From Vicugna vicugna (lineage: Eukaryota): 64,000 nt of DNA. Below, piece by piece: positions 62,251-64,000 of this stretch. The position numbers were made by a program, and so were the translations under genes. The notes beneath the pieces were generated by a model. The model saw nothing but the letters and a program-made list of their open reading frames with translations, made no database searches and was not told the DNA's origin. The stretch covers positions 2,758,686-2,822,685 of the forward strand of contig MU058337.1 in assembly GCA_013265495.1 (NCBI GenBank), read 5' to 3'. How positions within the stretch are numbered: position 1 is the stretch's first letter; each line of letters begins with the position of its first letter.

Positions 62251-64000
62251 GTCATCTTCAGTCATGGCAGAATCTATTTCTTTTATCTTGAGTAACTACT
62301 CTTGTTAGAGTGATTTGGAGCCACTGCTTTTTGGGTCTGTTTTGTTTCTTTATCCACCTCAGGTATGTATTCTTATGTTTAAGTTATCTCCCCATTTACC
62401 AAGCTAGGACACAGCCCTAGTTAGAATGATGGCTTCACTGCATCAGTTTCAAGATGCAGACAGCATCCTTATAAACATGCGTAAATACTCCTGACTTTCA
62501 AATGATGCAAAGCAATGGAAAATAGTTGATGGTTCATCAGCTAAATACTGTGTACAACTTGTTATTAGAATGTTGTCTGATCTGAGAATATTTTTTAGAG
62601 CAAATTATCTACCAGAATTTTACCTGATGACCCCAAAATGAATCTTCTAGACAAAGCTATGGTTTCTCCAGAAGACTTAGAAAAATTAGTTCCCTAATTT
62701 ATTAAATATTTGATCTAATTGAAAGAGATAATAATCCCCATATATAGATTAGTTATTCTCATTTAATATGGTGTATAAATAGATATTTTGCATATTTATG
62801 AATATATGTAATTATAAGTTAGTAAACAATAAATATTTCCATTAGATTCTTTTATTACTGCAATCATAAAAACAAATGTAAAAGAATAACGTACATCTAA
62901 TGTTAAAACTATGCAAGAAACAGTTCTCTCTCTATATAACAATTCTTCCTTTATTGAGGGTGATCACTGGGAACAATAATTTTCAATGTACTACCCAAGG
63001 AATATAGAATACATAAGATGTTTGTACATAATTTCTGCTTGAGAAATGTCATACAAAGGAATACGTGAACCCCTTAGTAAATGAACTCCTAAAGACAACC
63101 TACTTTATTTTTATTTGAAAGCTTAATGCTTCTACTCTATCCTCAAGCTAAACTTTCAGACGCTAAGCCCAGTATTTTGAATATCGGAGATCCTTACTAA
63201 ATGCTTGTTGAAATGAATTGAGTCTGAAAATATTCTATGATGTATTTGGAACAATGTTTCCAAAAGGACATTCTGAAGAATTATTTCCCTGAAGGGTGAC
63301 CCTCCAGTATGGGTTCCCTAATCATGTACATTGATGGCATGTTCTAAACTGTATTACACTTTTGGAGACTTTAAAAGTGTTAGTTTACTTGACTTCTGAC
63401 AAATTTTACAGGACAGAAATCACTTAAGCTTTACCCATTCATTTCCCAAGCCTAACTGACCACAGAGACTCTTTCTCCTTCACTGAAAGTCTCCCAAAAC
63501 TGACAGCTAATATTTCCAGTAAGTCAGTATAAGAATCATTGTTCAAGACGTCAGTTTCTCTAAGCAAAAAAAAATTCTTGATATTACTTTATTTAAAGGC
63601 ATTCGTCTCTTTATAGATTATAGCTTTTATCTATGGCTTACATTTTGGGTTTCTGTTACTTGCACTTTAGCTAACAGACTTTTACAGTGCAAATAAATAA
63701 GGATATAAATGTGCTTTGAAAATGTCCCCGTTTTCTTAATATTATCATGACTAAGTTTCATTATGGCATCTTGAATAATAAATGTCAATGCTTAAGACAA
63801 AGATGAAACTAATATGAAAATTCCTTCCTTGTAATTTTTGAAATCTGTCTTAAGGGATACATTCAAAATGTTATACTTTTAGCAGTGGGTAAGAATTCAA
63901 GACATGTATCTTCTCACAGAATGCTTCTTTTCTTACTTTTTTTTTTGGTAAACTCTATGTTCTTTTTATATTAAATCAAAACTAAAAATTGGTGTAAATT

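Noticed and set aside
1..64000. Prokaryotic-style systems (operons, CRISPR arrays, defence islands) or a novel multi-gene system
   Set aside because: The DNA is mammalian and repeat-rich; there are no long ORFs, no regularly spaced repeat-spacer array and no gene cluster.

Overview
Mammalian, AT-rich, repeat-dense non-coding DNA (long intron or intergenic). It is most likely from a camelid: a tRNA-derived SINE with a perfect 17-bp target-site duplication at 34352-34471 resembles the camelid Vic-1 type, and the young L1 3' ends are artiodactyl-type. I see no supportable protein-coding gene, RNA gene or CRISPR array. The supplied ORFs are mostly chance or decayed transposon frames. The window is a mosaic of old L1M, L2 and MIR fragments, three ERVL internal remnants (gag-pro-RT; RNaseH-integrase; RT followed by an LTR16-like LTR), solo LTRs (MLT1, LTR33, ERV1-type) and DNA transposons (MER53, MER5A, MER58A, MER82, a Tigger). 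The best non-repeat signal is a minus-strand candidate exon at 13539-13940 with good splice sites and an upstream-ORF/restart arrangement; I cannot name its gene. Other points of interest are two twin-primed (5'-inverted) L1 insertions, a miR-1302-like MER53 hairpin, nested insertions and local GC/CpG-gain patches. Repeat names come from recalled consensus sequences, not a search, and boundaries are approximate. I found no convincing novel biological system.
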